This document shows, piece by piece, positions 1 to 11,730 of a DNA stretch of 64,000 nt. The translations under genes were made by a program, and so were the position numbers. The DNA lies in the NCBI RefSeq assembly GCF_001194135.2, contig NC_068994.1, positions 53,414,318-53,478,317 of the forward strand, read 5' to 3'. The notes under the pieces were generated by a model that worked only from the letters and a program-made list of their open reading frames with translations, was not told where the DNA came from and did not search any database. Origin of the DNA: Octopus bimaculoides (lineage: Eukaryota). The first letter of the stretch is position 1; each line of letters starts with the position of its first letter.

Positions 1-66
1 GCAGGTATCTAAGTTTATGGCACTAGAACAACTGAAAGAAAGACTGAATAGAGACGGAGAGACAGA

Positions 67-107
67 GATATAATAAGATCGACGTGATATAATAAGATCG
101 ACGTGAT
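67..107. repeat. 19-bp perfect tandem duplication
   Basis: gatataataagatcgacgt x2 plus gat. Confidence 0.9.
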
Positions 108-1531
108 CATACTTGCATTTGATGCGAGAACTCAAAGACAGAGAAGGGATTGAAAATATAATTAGAATGATAGGATGAAAGGGACAGAGACGACGAGAGA
201 CAAGGAAGCTGGTGGAAGGGGATGAAGGGGCAGTCAGTATACAGAAAGACAGCTTCGATCAGGCATGGGCAAAAATTTTCGTGAAGCAGGCCGCATAAGA
301 CACTAAAAATATCATGCGTATGTTATTTTCTTCGTGAAATAAGGTGTGCTATTCGAAAGGTCGAATTTTGCCTATAGCAAGCTTAGGTGGTAGAAAGAAA
401 GATAAAGCAAAGGGTCTGAAAAATACCGGTGGGACACAGTAAGATGGGCAGAGAATGTGAAAGAGATAGAGGAGGGAATTGGAAGAACAAAAAGCAAGAT
501 ACTGAGAGATAATGAAAGAGAAGAAAGACAGGACTTCTTGATAGACAGTGAGAGATATGGACAGAAAAAGGGCTAAACAGTAAGAGTGATAAAATAACGT
601 CAGGTAAATAGAGATAAAGTGACAGAGATATATAGAGAGTAGGGTTATAGAGAGAGACGGAAACAGTTTGTCAGGGAGATGATACAAATAAAAAGAAGCG
701 AAAGTAAATATGTAAAAAAAAAAGCGAGAGAGAGAAAGAGGGGAGTTTTGTTCACCAGATTATACAGCTCAATAATCACGTCCGTAACTTAAATTCTATT
801 TCTTTAATATTTAGCAAGGAGTGTTTGATTTTTCTGTAATTGGGTTTGCAGTTAGAGAAAGGTAAATATTTTTTTTAAATTCCGGTCATTTCCGCTCCTA
901 ATCGGGAAAAAAGCGGCCATTGCAAAATGTCGAGTTAGTAAACAATTGAAATTTAGTTTTTCACTCCTTCTGGGCTTTCTCCTGGGAAACAGTCGGTCCA
1001 GTGATGTCCGTATTTGCTACAGCACTTCCGGGAACATTTCTGTTTTGAGTTAACGAGTATAGTGGTTGCGTTTAATCGATATTAGCGCGTGGGATATATA
1101 TATATATCGTGAGAAAAAAAAGAGAATAAACTCGGAAAGAGAAAGAGAGAACCTAAACTTAAAGCTGCAAAGTGAAAGATATAGAAACGTTAAAGGATCG
1201 AGGGTTGTTGAGAGACACACGGAGACCGAATACGACAAACAGAGCGACTGACAAATGGGAGGGACTATTTAGCGATAGATTGACAGGAATAGAGCGAGAG
1301 AAAGATGGAGAGAGGGAAGGAGGAAGCAAATGGAAAAGAGGAAAAACGACAGAGTGAGAGAGATAAAACGAAACAAAGATGGGGGGAAATTTTCAGGTTC
1401 CATGGGGGAAAATGATTCTTCTAGGTTCGCTTGCACTTTATTTTCCATAATTCAATAACCGAGATGCAGAGGATAATTAACATCCTTAACATCCTCTTTC
1501 ATTCCACCTTTTGCTCTTCACCCCCCCCCCC

Positions 1532-1827
1532 NNNNNNNNNNNNNNNNNNNNNNNNNNNNNNNNNNNNNNNNNNNNNNNNNNNNNNNNNNNNNNNNNNNNN
1601 NNNNNNNNNNNNNNNNNNNNNNNNNNNNNNNNNNNNNNNNNNNNNNNNNNNNNNNNNNNNNNNNNNNNNNNNNNNNNNNNNNNNNNNNNNNNNNNNNNNN
1701 NNNNNNNNNNNNNNNNNNNNNNNNNNNNNNNNNNNNNNNNNNNNNNNNNNNNNNNNNNNNNNNNNNNNNNNNNNNNNNNNNNNNNNNNNNNNNNNNNNNN
1801 NNNNNNNNNNNNNNNNNNNNNNNNNNN
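1532..1827. other. Assembly gap (others at 38443-38554, 40768-41523, 43099-43315, 55644-56008, 57895-57904)
   Basis: Runs of N. Confidence 1.
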
Positions 1828-2119
1828 CTGGTATTTATTCTTAATTTACCTTTCCGCCATTAGAGAGAAGAGAGAAAAAAACCATTTCGAGCAAGGTTAA
1901 TGATTTTGTTAATGTTCTCTTCTCAAATAATAACGAAGTTCGACATTGCCTTTCATACTTCCGGTGTCGATAACATAAAGTGCTGGTATCCGATTCAATT
2001 GAATACAGCCTCACACATTCATCAAAGTGCATCTGTCATTGAGCCTCTGTATCAGAATTCATTACCGAATGCTCAAATACATTCCTACGCACACGTGAAT
2101 ATCTGTGTGTGTGTGTGTA

Positions 2120-2355
2120 GACGAAAGGTCCTTCCCGAGCCACAGGCTCATAGGTCAGTTTCCCGGATATCTGTGGGTTAAATATTCCGCACTGGATGGG
2201 GCACTAGTCAGTCGTAGGATGACTCATTTTTCCAGGTGAATGGATTGGAATAACGTGAAATGAGGTGTTTTGCTCAAGAGCACAACACATTCCACGGTCC
2301 AGGAAACAAAACCGGAATCTTATAATCATGAGTGCTGCATCTTAACAACTTAAGC
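2120..2355 (-). mobile_element. tRNA-derived SINE with CORE-like segment (family B variant)
   Basis: Reverse complement has a tRNA-like head followed by gttgtgctcttgagcaaaacacctcatttcacgtt, resembling the CORE-SINE central domain. Confidence 0.65.
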
Positions 2356-2589
2356 ATACTTTGCTTTTGATTTATTCACAAACTCACACGTGTACGTGTG
2401 TGTGTGTGTGTGTGTGTGTTTAAAGGGCACAGAAAGATTAAACCTCAGCTATATCATGACATGAAAATTATGGAACATTTACAAGTTACATTAAAGATGT
2501 CTAAAGATTTCACTAATTCATCACTTCACCATCCGATGTTGAACTAAATACAGTTACTTAATTCAGAACCCCGTCACCACAAGCATGGT

Positions 2590-2922
2590 GGTCGTGGTAT
2601 GGATCACTAAAAAATCATCTATGGACCCTTTTGATTACTGTTTCATTCCGGTGGACCCCCATAATCATTCGATGTTTAAAAACTAGGTTTATAGAAACTT
2701 CTTTCAAAATGCCTATTTTGTTTTTCACACATTAACTTGTATAGGTTGAGCTATGTAAATTGTTAAAGAATGAAATTTAACTGTTTCTTGCAATATATAA
2801 CAATTACATATATGTAATGCAAATTTTTTTCAGGGACTCTTAAAATACTGCTGTAGATCCCCAATTTACTATTTTATATGGACCCCAAAAAATCTTATAC
2901 GAACCCCAGCTGAGAACCACTG
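2590..2922. mobile_element. hAT (Charlie-like) non-autonomous element, right end preserved
   Basis: Ends ...cagctgagaaccactg (reverse complement CAGTGGTTCTCAG), with repeated subterminal (t/g)ggaccc motifs. Left TIR not identifiable. Confidence 0.45.
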
Positions 2923-3767
2923 ATCTAAGTTATATAATCTATGACACTGTACAGCTAATCAGAAAGTAGTCGGCGCTATGATTTCACTTTTATGTTAATT
3001 ATAGAAAAAGGAAGGAATAGAATTGAAATATATCAGAACGGGAAAACAGAATTAACCACAAATTCAAACTAATTAACGATAGCAGCTGTTTTGCTGTAAA
3101 ATATCTACCAATACAACATAAAGTATATGTATTAGTGAAACAATTGAGTAAAATTTCTTTGTAGAATTTCTGAAGCATATCTTGTAACTTTCTAACGCAA
3201 TATCTCAATAAAAGGATTTTTCCCGGATGAAAATCGCAGCTTCTGGCGTCTCAATGATACTCATACATTACACATGTTATATTGATGGAGCTTTTACTAT
3301 AATATTATCTAGAGAGATTGAACGAAAGTGATCGAGAAATGAGGAGAATGAAGGTAATATAAGAGACAATGAAAAATGCAAGAACAGAAAATGGCAGACG
3401 TGATAGTGGGGGAGAGTGAGAGGCACAATGAAGAAGATAACAAAGGAGTGACAGTTATAGTTAAAGAGATAGAAACCGAGGAGACGCAACTTCTTCGTTC
3501 GGCCTATTGGGCTCCCATAATTGTTTGCTATCTAAAATATGCTATTGTTAATGGCATTTAGCATACACCTTAATATTTTCAGCAAAGTAATTTACACACA
3601 CGTCAATTTCCGTAGCAGTTATCTAGTGTCATGTTTACTATCGAACGGAAGTTTGATAACAGGCAATATGTAAGAGATGCAGCCATCTGCCATCAACTTC
3701 TGAGATGCTGCTCTTGTGATTATGTCACTAATTTAGGGATTACATCACACTCTCGTACTTGTGGTAC

Positions 3768-3769
<2 letters not shown>

Positions 3770-3851
<82 letters not shown>

Positions 3852-3862
3852 AAGAGAAAGAC
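3770..3862. repeat. (TG)n-(GA)n-(GAGAAA)n compound microsatellite
   Basis: Direct reading. Confidence 0.95.
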
Positions 3863-4198
3863 AGACATAGGTTCCGGTAGTATTCTGCTGTGAATCACAT
3901 CATACAAAAGTAATTTTGAGTGATAAATTACACAAGGCTTGTATAAAATATGCCTGATTGCAATAGTTTGGGACACCTTCTTCAGGCCTGATCAAACTCT
4001 GGGTTCTGAATGGCCAAAGTGCTAAAAATTGCGCTTCGTAACCTCAGTAGCTCCAGCTCTTCCTAGTTCAGCTTTTCTTTACAAATAATCCGCCCCACCA
4101 CCACCACTGCCATTTCAGTTTGTTGTGCCATACACATATATCTACATTGGATAGGAAAGTTGGAAGAATTTGCCGTCGTTCTTATTGACGACTAAAAA

Positions 4199-4420
4199 TG
4201 TGGTGAGCTGATACAATCGTTAGCGAGTCGTACAAAACGCTAAACGGTATTTCGTTCAGCGGCTTTTTACGTCTCGGTTCAAATTCCCTCGAGGTCTATT
4301 TTGCTTTCAATTGTTTTGAGGCCGCTGAATTAAGTACCAGCCGAATACAAGAGTTGATGTAATCAGCTTACCCCCGCCCTTAAAACTGCTGGCTTTGTGC
4401 CAAAATTTGAAGTTTTTATT
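4199..4420 (+). mobile_element. tRNA-derived SINE, family A
   Basis: Head ggtgagctg..atcgttagc, B-box ggttcaaattcc (4276-4287), body aattaagtaccag, tail ttgtgccaaaatttgaa. Confidence 0.75.
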
Positions 4421-4893
4421 GACGAAAAGCCCGGCTTCTTTATTGCAGAATAAACTAGTTAAACTTTTGGGGGTTTTATTAGTTTCCGAAATCATTGTCT
4501 TCCTCTTGAAATTCTCTATTCATATCCAAGGTCTTTCAACATTGATTTAACGCACTATAGCGACATTTGTATAGAATTTTCAACCTGTCTAAAAGACATA
4601 CGATGTGTTCTTAAACCAGTCACTTCATTCCACGTTGATCTAATCTACTCAGTCATAATGAGTATACCGAATGTGTGGTGGTGTAGCTCTCTGTCCGTTT
4701 GGCTGTGGTATCCTCGATGCTCTGTTGGGCGAGGAACGAGAGAGAGTCAATGCCTGTATCTGCGTATATAGGTACCTAAAGCAATTTGTGTAAGCTTGAA
4801 GCATGCTAACAAATATTTGCTTGCAGAAGGCATTTGCAGTGTTTAGTGGGAGAGATATGCATATATGAATGTCTACATGTATATATGTTTGTA

Positions 4894-4936
<43 letters not shown>

Positions 4937-5896
4937 CATCATTGTCCTGTAAGTTCGAGAGACATTTTGCCACTGGCGCCACCAAAAATGAACAATATCA
5001 ACGATAAAAGGCACGAAATTGTAAGGATTTTTTAGACGTTGACTGATGAATGAATTAGCTACGAATTTTCTGTTATGTTTTTGTTAAACTATCCTTTTGC
5101 TGTGTTTTGGTTAAATCTTTGAAATATTATTTATGTAACGCTATGCACTCCTTATTTTAACACACATCTGTATGTGTGTGTGTGTGCATATACACGTACA
5201 TATAAATTTGTGCACACATACAAATACATGCATGTGTATATACATATCTATGGAAATGCATGCAAATTTGAATATATATATATGTCCACGTGCGTGTGTT
5301 CTTGCAAGCCAAAAATTGTATGTCAACCGGAAGGATAGACCGAGAAGTGTCGTTGCATAGCAGTACTGCATCACATATGATCACACAATGATAAATGCTT
5401 GCGAAAATGCATGGTTGTAAAAGAGATGCAAGTAGTTCTGTCTGCCAGATTTCACTTTGTTGTCTTTACTGTGTTTGTTGTTGTTGTTGTTATATTCGTG
5501 GTAGTAATGGCCTCGTTCTTCATAATATATTTACTTCAAGCTCTTCTTCTCTAGAAAAAAATACTTAGAGAAACAATATATTCCGAAGACGAACAGATTT
5601 TCTTCCTCGTACGTTTTTCTTTTATAATTCATAACGTTATATACTTATTGGTGTTGTTGTTTAGATGTTTATTTCTTTGCTGTTTTGGTTGTTTTTTTTT
5701 GTTTCTGTGTGGTTTTTGTCTTTTCTTTTGTTATTTATGTGTTAAAATTCTATGCGTGACGTGGAAGAGGTTGGAACAATTTGCTTATTATCGAAAAGAC
5801 AATTAAGTTTTTTTTTCTTTTTCCTTTCTATTTCATTTCTTTTGATGCGACCTTTGGAAACATGGAACTTTTGCGATAAGATAAGAAAGATAAAGA

Positions 5897-5929
5897 CTGC
5901 AGCAGCAGCAGCAGCAGCAGCAACGGCAG
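5897..5929. repeat. (GCA)n microsatellite
   Basis: Direct reading. Confidence 0.9.
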
Positions 5930-8054
5930 ATAAAACGAAGCATTTATTGGCTTTGCAAAGCTACTAGGAAAAGAGTTTTGAAAAATAAAGAAAATAAAGT
6001 AAACGAAGAAAAAAAAAAGGTAAACGTAGCTATTTATTCTTTGATGTTAGCATAAATTATATACTTTTGTGTGTGTGTGTGTGTGTGTGTTCATTCACTC
6101 AAACTCACAGACATGTGTGTGTATGTGCGCCTGCCTTTGTCTCTGGCAATAATTGACAGTTCAATAAAGCGCCATTGTACATATCTTATCACATGAAAAT
6201 GTGTTAAGGTTGAAGAAAGTGCATCAGCTGTAAACACTAAAATATTGCGCCAAAAACATAGGCGGTGGAATGCCAGAAACAGAAAGACTAAATTGTCTTG
6301 TAGTATTTTGTAGAAACAGCTTTATGTTCCGAGTTCAAAACCCTTTGGGGGTCAGTAGCAAACACGGTTAAGTTGATAAATAATGCGCTTCTTAAAAAAT
6401 CCCGTGGCTTTTTGCCAATCTAACAACGAATCATTGGTTGTTACAAAGATCACTGATAGAAAACATAGCATGGGTGTTTTGCCAACCACAGGATCCAAAG
6501 TTTGGTGTTTTGTTTGCGTAGAAGATTAAAGGCTACATAAAACCAACTATTTGACTTGTTCTTTTTTTATCAATCCTAAGAATGATAAAACGAAAACCAA
6601 CTTTGGCATGGGTCATTTTTTTTTTGTAGAGGAAGAACGATATTACCCTTCTCTTTTTCTTTCGGAGTCTCCGAGATTATAAGGAAGTTGCGCTCAATGC
6701 AAAACCTGGCTTGAATGCTTACCACACACTGGTCTCCACTAATGACACTATGGGACCAGGTGAGGATGTTAAAGTGGTTGGCAGACTAAATCTTTCATAC
6801 AGTATCTACAAAATTTCACTCACAAAGTTCTGGTTGAACCGCGGCTATGTCAGACGGCACTTGGCCAGAATGCATCGCAATGTGACGGAAGCTGAAACCA
6901 CGTAGATGCAAATTACGCGTGTTGTTAATCACAGAACCCTGTTTGAACAAAACAAGACTAGACTGAATGATGTGCTTCGGTTAGTTTTGTATTCTATCAT
7001 TGACTACCAACTCACAACCGATTGGAAAGAAGAATTGCTAATATTCTTTCAAGCGGAAAATATTAGAGGTTTTCTCATGAATTTCTTGTGCGGTGGTCGA
7101 AGGAGATTTAATCAGAAAACATGTTTCTTTCGCAAATTTTATTTTGTCCTGGAGTTGTTTTGAACTTAATCCTACTTTGATCCGAGATTATACTTTCATA
7201 TTAAATCATGTTTTGATCCAACTGTGCTTTTTATTTTAACGTCACATTTTGATTTAACACCATTTGCAGATCTGAAACGAGTTTAATCTAAAATAATTTA
7301 TTGCTCTAAAAAACATTATTCATTTGAAACTATGTTTTGATTGGAAACTGTGATTTGACCTGGACCCGTGTTTTCAAATGAAGTCACGTTTGATCTGAAA
7401 CCGTGATTCGAGTAGCAACCATGTGCAGAAACCCATATATTATTGTATTTTGATAAGGGAACTAATGGTCGTTTATTTAAACACTTGATTCATTAATTGT
7501 AACTCGTCTATTTGTTTTGCATAATTAATATTCATTTGCGTGTTAACTCATTCGGAAAATGAAATGAATGCGGATGGCCTGCGCTCTTGTAGCTACATAG
7601 AATTAAGATGAACTGTGTATGTTGCCAAGCCTCTCGTATCAGTGACTCTTGGGACTGTACCATTCAGCTGTCACGATCAGAGAGCTCGTCACTTCAGTAT
7701 GCTTGATTTATGAATCAATGATTCAGTGAATAGTCAATAATATTAAAGCGTTGTGAGGTTCGTCTAACACTTTCTCCCTGAGGTCCCTCCAACCCCACTA
7801 CCATCAGTTCCTTATTTATAATATTCAATTCCGAAAGACTTAGCTACTGTCTCGTTTGTATTTTAAGTTGCTTTCTGTGAATGTCCACTTTAGTATCTGA
7901 AGTTATTTGCTGTAAACATGGTTTGTTGTAAGTGTCCGTCGAGAAACTACTCAAATGAAGAAGTAGATTATACGTCGAAAAGCTTTGATGCTCAATAACT
8001 AATTAGAAAATTATATGTAATAACCGTTGACTAATTAAAGGAAATGTATGTAAA

Positions 8055-8170
8055 CTGGGAGGATCGTTAGCACGCCGGGCATTTCGTCTTCTTTACGTTC
8101 TGTTTTCAATTTAAACTGGGATCGATTTTGCCTTTTATCCTTACGGAGTCGATAAAATAAGTACCAGTTA
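8055..8170 (+). mobile_element. SINE family A, partial
   Basis: gatcgttagcacgccgggc...tttacgttctg...gtcgataaaataagtaccagtt. Confidence 0.7.
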
Positions 8171-9439
8171 ACATAAAATACATTAATATCAACTTTGTCA
8201 TCATTATTCATCATGCCCATCAATATATATTTCCACCATCGCCGCCCTATTTATTGTTAGCCTTTAGTCACCGTCTTTCCCGATTCCATTTGCTTTGCTT
8301 CCGTTTGCTTCTGCTTGCGGTAGTATCCCTTTCCGGTCGCCATGTTGTTGCTACCATTACTTTTGCTGCCCTTTCTGAATATCAGCTCAACAACATGTGA
8401 CGTTGTTGATGGCAATGGCGATGATGGTAACAACTTGGTGTCGAGAAGTGGGTAATGCAGCATTGATGCACGAAGGCAAACTAAAACCCGAAATGTGTGA
8501 AGCAAACGAGTGAATATATAGCAAATAATGGATGATGAATGTACCAGGCGGCGGAGGCTGCGGCGGCAGACGTTAATGGGTGATGGACGCGAGTCGGGCA
8601 GCATCTTTTGAAACTCAACTACCACATAGTCTCTGGGCTCACATCCACATCAAAATTGGAGAAGGAAAAGAAAGGGTTCAACGCTCACAGTCTGTCCATT
8701 ACCATCTCATGGAATCATCATGAATCGTTGAGAGAAAAAGAACGTTTGACTACGCCACGATATAGGAAGAAAAACGACTTTAGCAATGGATACCATTATA
8801 CAACAGCAACGGAAACAAACCAAACTGTAGATATGTTGAGCATGGTAGTCGAAGTTAGAAAGAAGAGCGATAAAATACGTCACAGCAAGAGATTGTTAAT
8901 GTTAATGCCATAACCTTCATCATCATCGCTTTCATCGTTAGCATCACCATAGTTATTATCAACAACATTCCTACGCGCCAATGTTTTAACCGCGAAGTGA
9001 TCCCTTGACCTGCCTGAGATAGCAGCTGCCAGATCTCTCAGATCATTCACCAACATCTCAAGGAAAGACACATTAGTTTGGGCAGTACTACATTCACCAA
9101 AAAAAAGGTCCCAGCTGGAATGATTTTCATCACTGGTCAACCCGTCCGCCTGAGACTAAACAACAGCATCGTTGCTATTATCATCTCACCGTCGCTATAC
9201 TCATCGTTGTCACCGACATTATGATCGCCGAAGCAATGAAATACGGCGATGCTTAGCGACGTCACATGGAAAGAAACTGAAATGCTGAGGTTTCCGTCTC
9301 TCAAGTCAGTTGCCATATTGTTCATTCGGAACTGCTGGAAAGCAGAGGAAGACTTTTGTTGCATGCATAGATTCCGCTTCTCTCCGGTGATTTCTGATGA
9401 GCTAAAATCTCTTGGCTAACTGATATAACATCATTATTG

Positions 9440-9605
9440 ACCAACTTTATGCTCTGAGTTCAATTCCTGCAGAGATCAACTTTACCATTCAACCCTCCGG
9501 TGTCGATTAAATAAGTACTAGTTACGTACTTGGGTCGATGGTATAGACCAATCCTCTCTCACCAAAATTGCTGACTATGTGTTTAAATTGGAAACCATTA
9601 GTTAT
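9440..9605 (+). mobile_element. SINE family A
   Basis: ctctgagttcaattcc...gtcgattaaataagtactagtt...gggtcgat...ccaaaattgctg. Confidence 0.7.
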
Positions 9606-10393
9606 GGTTCGTTGATGTAGCCAGTGTCCGAAGCTACGATGCTGTCGTTGTTTAGCCTCAGGTCAGTCGTAATTGAAAGGACCTACAATGAAATGTCACC
9701 CATTAATGATCTTCCCGTCGCCTATCCAGACACAGAATATTTTAGGCGACCTTATTTGCGTACGTAACTATTTTGTTTAAGACAGTAAGGCCCTAACCCT
9801 AACAAAATACATTAACGAATTTCACCATTTTCTATGACATTACAAAGTGTGATCTGAGAGAGTCTTGACAGTCAAAACTGACGTTGTAGCGATGGCGAGT
9901 ATCATCCATTTCGAGGAACGAGATGTATGTGTGGGATGGTCGGGGAAGGGTCTGCTGAAATATAACCGGAGTGATAGACAGACAAGCAAGCAGGCTGACA
10001 GGCAGTCTGTCTGGGGGACAGATGGGGAAAAATTCTATTGTGAAGAAAGAACAACAAAAATCTGAAAGATTACAGAGACAGATGAGACAAAAAAGAAATT
10101 AGAGAAAAATAACTGAACATATTGTTTGTTTTAAGATAATATTGTTTAGTGATACAATGGTAAATATAAAAATCTATAATGTAATTATAAAAGGAATTAT
10201 ATTATTTACAATTGCAAAAAAGACTGGAACAGATGTTTAGTGGAAGTTTTTGAAGTTTCGTTAAGTCTAAACATTCCTATTTTTCGTAAAACAAGATTAA
10301 TTGAACACGTATTTTAAACTATATTCTGCTGGCGCACGTAAGTCATAACGCAAGCATGGCTCTCTGCTTAAGAAGTTCGCTTCGCAATATAGA

Positions 10394-10703
10394 TAGGGTG
10401 ATAAATTGAATATTAATTCAATTTAAAACCAAGTGGCCTAGCATATAAAAAAAATCTGAAAATTCAGAAAAAAATTGTATTACATGTGTATCAGGGATGG
10501 CTACTAGGTGGACATCCAATATGCTAGAAAGAGGTCATCATCTATGTGGTTGGGTCGTTGATGACCTCTTTCTAGCATATTGGATGTTCACCTAGTGGTC
10601 ATCCCTTATACACGTGTAATACAAATTTTTTTGAATTTTCAGATTTTTTTATATGCTAGGCCACTTGGTTTTAAATTGAATTAATATTTAATTTATCACT
10701 CTA
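10394..10703. mobile_element. Foldback MITE (Tc1/mariner-type ends), near-perfect 310-bp palindrome
   Basis: Arms 10394-10540 and 10559-10703 are reverse complements with few mismatches, around an 18-nt loop. Ends TA-gggtgataaat ... atttatcactc-TA. Confidence 0.85.
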
Positions 10704-10732
10704 TATATATATATATATATACATTTGACAGG

Positions 10733-11052
10733 CTTGTTTCAGTTTCCGTCTACCAAATCCACACACAAGGCTTTAATAGTACCGTGTTTATAGAAGTCAC
10801 TTGTCCAAGGTGTCACGCAGTGGAACTGAACCTGAAACCATGTGGCTGTGAAGCAAACTTATTACCACACAGCCACGCTTTAATTCAGCTGATGGACTCC
10901 AGTATAGTTTATGTCCACCAAATTTCAACTCAAATTGCTTTGGTCTCTCCGAGGCTAGGATAGAGGAGACTTGCCCAAGAAGACGTACGTCGCGAGATTG
11001 AACACGGTAACCACATCATTGCGACGCGAGCATCTTAACCACACAGCCATGC
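10733..11052 (-). mobile_element. Two tandem SINE family B 5' halves
   Basis: Both read, reverse-complemented, gcrtggctgtgtggt...gttca...cttggrcaagt...ttggtrgac. Confidence 0.75.
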
Positions 11053-11340
11053 TTGTGCCCATTGTAAAAGTGCTGTTATTCTTGTTGTTACTGTTGTTGT
11101 TTTTGGTAGTGGTAGTGGTGGTGGAGGGGTTACTATTGAAGTGGCTCTGTTAAAATGAACCTTACTGCCTGGAGTGAGTTGATTGACTTTTAACAGTGGA
11201 ACCTTAAGATTCAACATAGAGAACAAATCTATTGAAGATGATGATGATGATGATGATGATTCTGTTGTCTTTCTTAGTTTAGTTGTTGCTATTGATGTCG
11301 AGGTTTTAATTGTTTCTTTCCTTGTTGTTGTTGTTCATTC
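11050..11340. repeat. Trinucleotide low-complexity block (GTT/GTG/GAT)
   Basis: Direct reading; includes (GAT)n near 11236-11260. Confidence 0.85.
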
Positions 11341-11681
11341 GCTACTATGTAATTAACTTTCATGCCGCCTAATTAAATCGTCCATCTTACGAAACCTACA
11401 GACTTCAAGGAATCTCATTTACGTCTAATTCACTCCCAGCATTGCATAAACAATAACAGCACAGTTTTGAAAGAGTTCTTACACACACACAAAACTGCGC
11501 TGTGGCTTTCGGGTCGTGTTTCTGCTGTTACAACATAAATATATAAACCTTTAATTATAATTGTAGTTACTTTTGTGACTATATTTTCTTCCATCTTCTT
11601 ACAAACGTCTTTCTTGATTAACAACCAACAGTTTTTTAAAGATGTAATCCTTCACAAATCAATCACTACTTTGTAAATGAG

Positions 11682-11730
<49 letters not shown>

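Noticed and set aside
349-1357. Hydrophobic or charged ORFs in the first 1.4 kb
   Set aside because: Products of GA-rich low-complexity sequence.
3961-3990. CTGAAGA...CAAAC on the minus strand (also 7950-7985 and 9395-9420 on plus)
   Set aside because: GAAA box or stems missing; expected by chance in AT-rich DNA.
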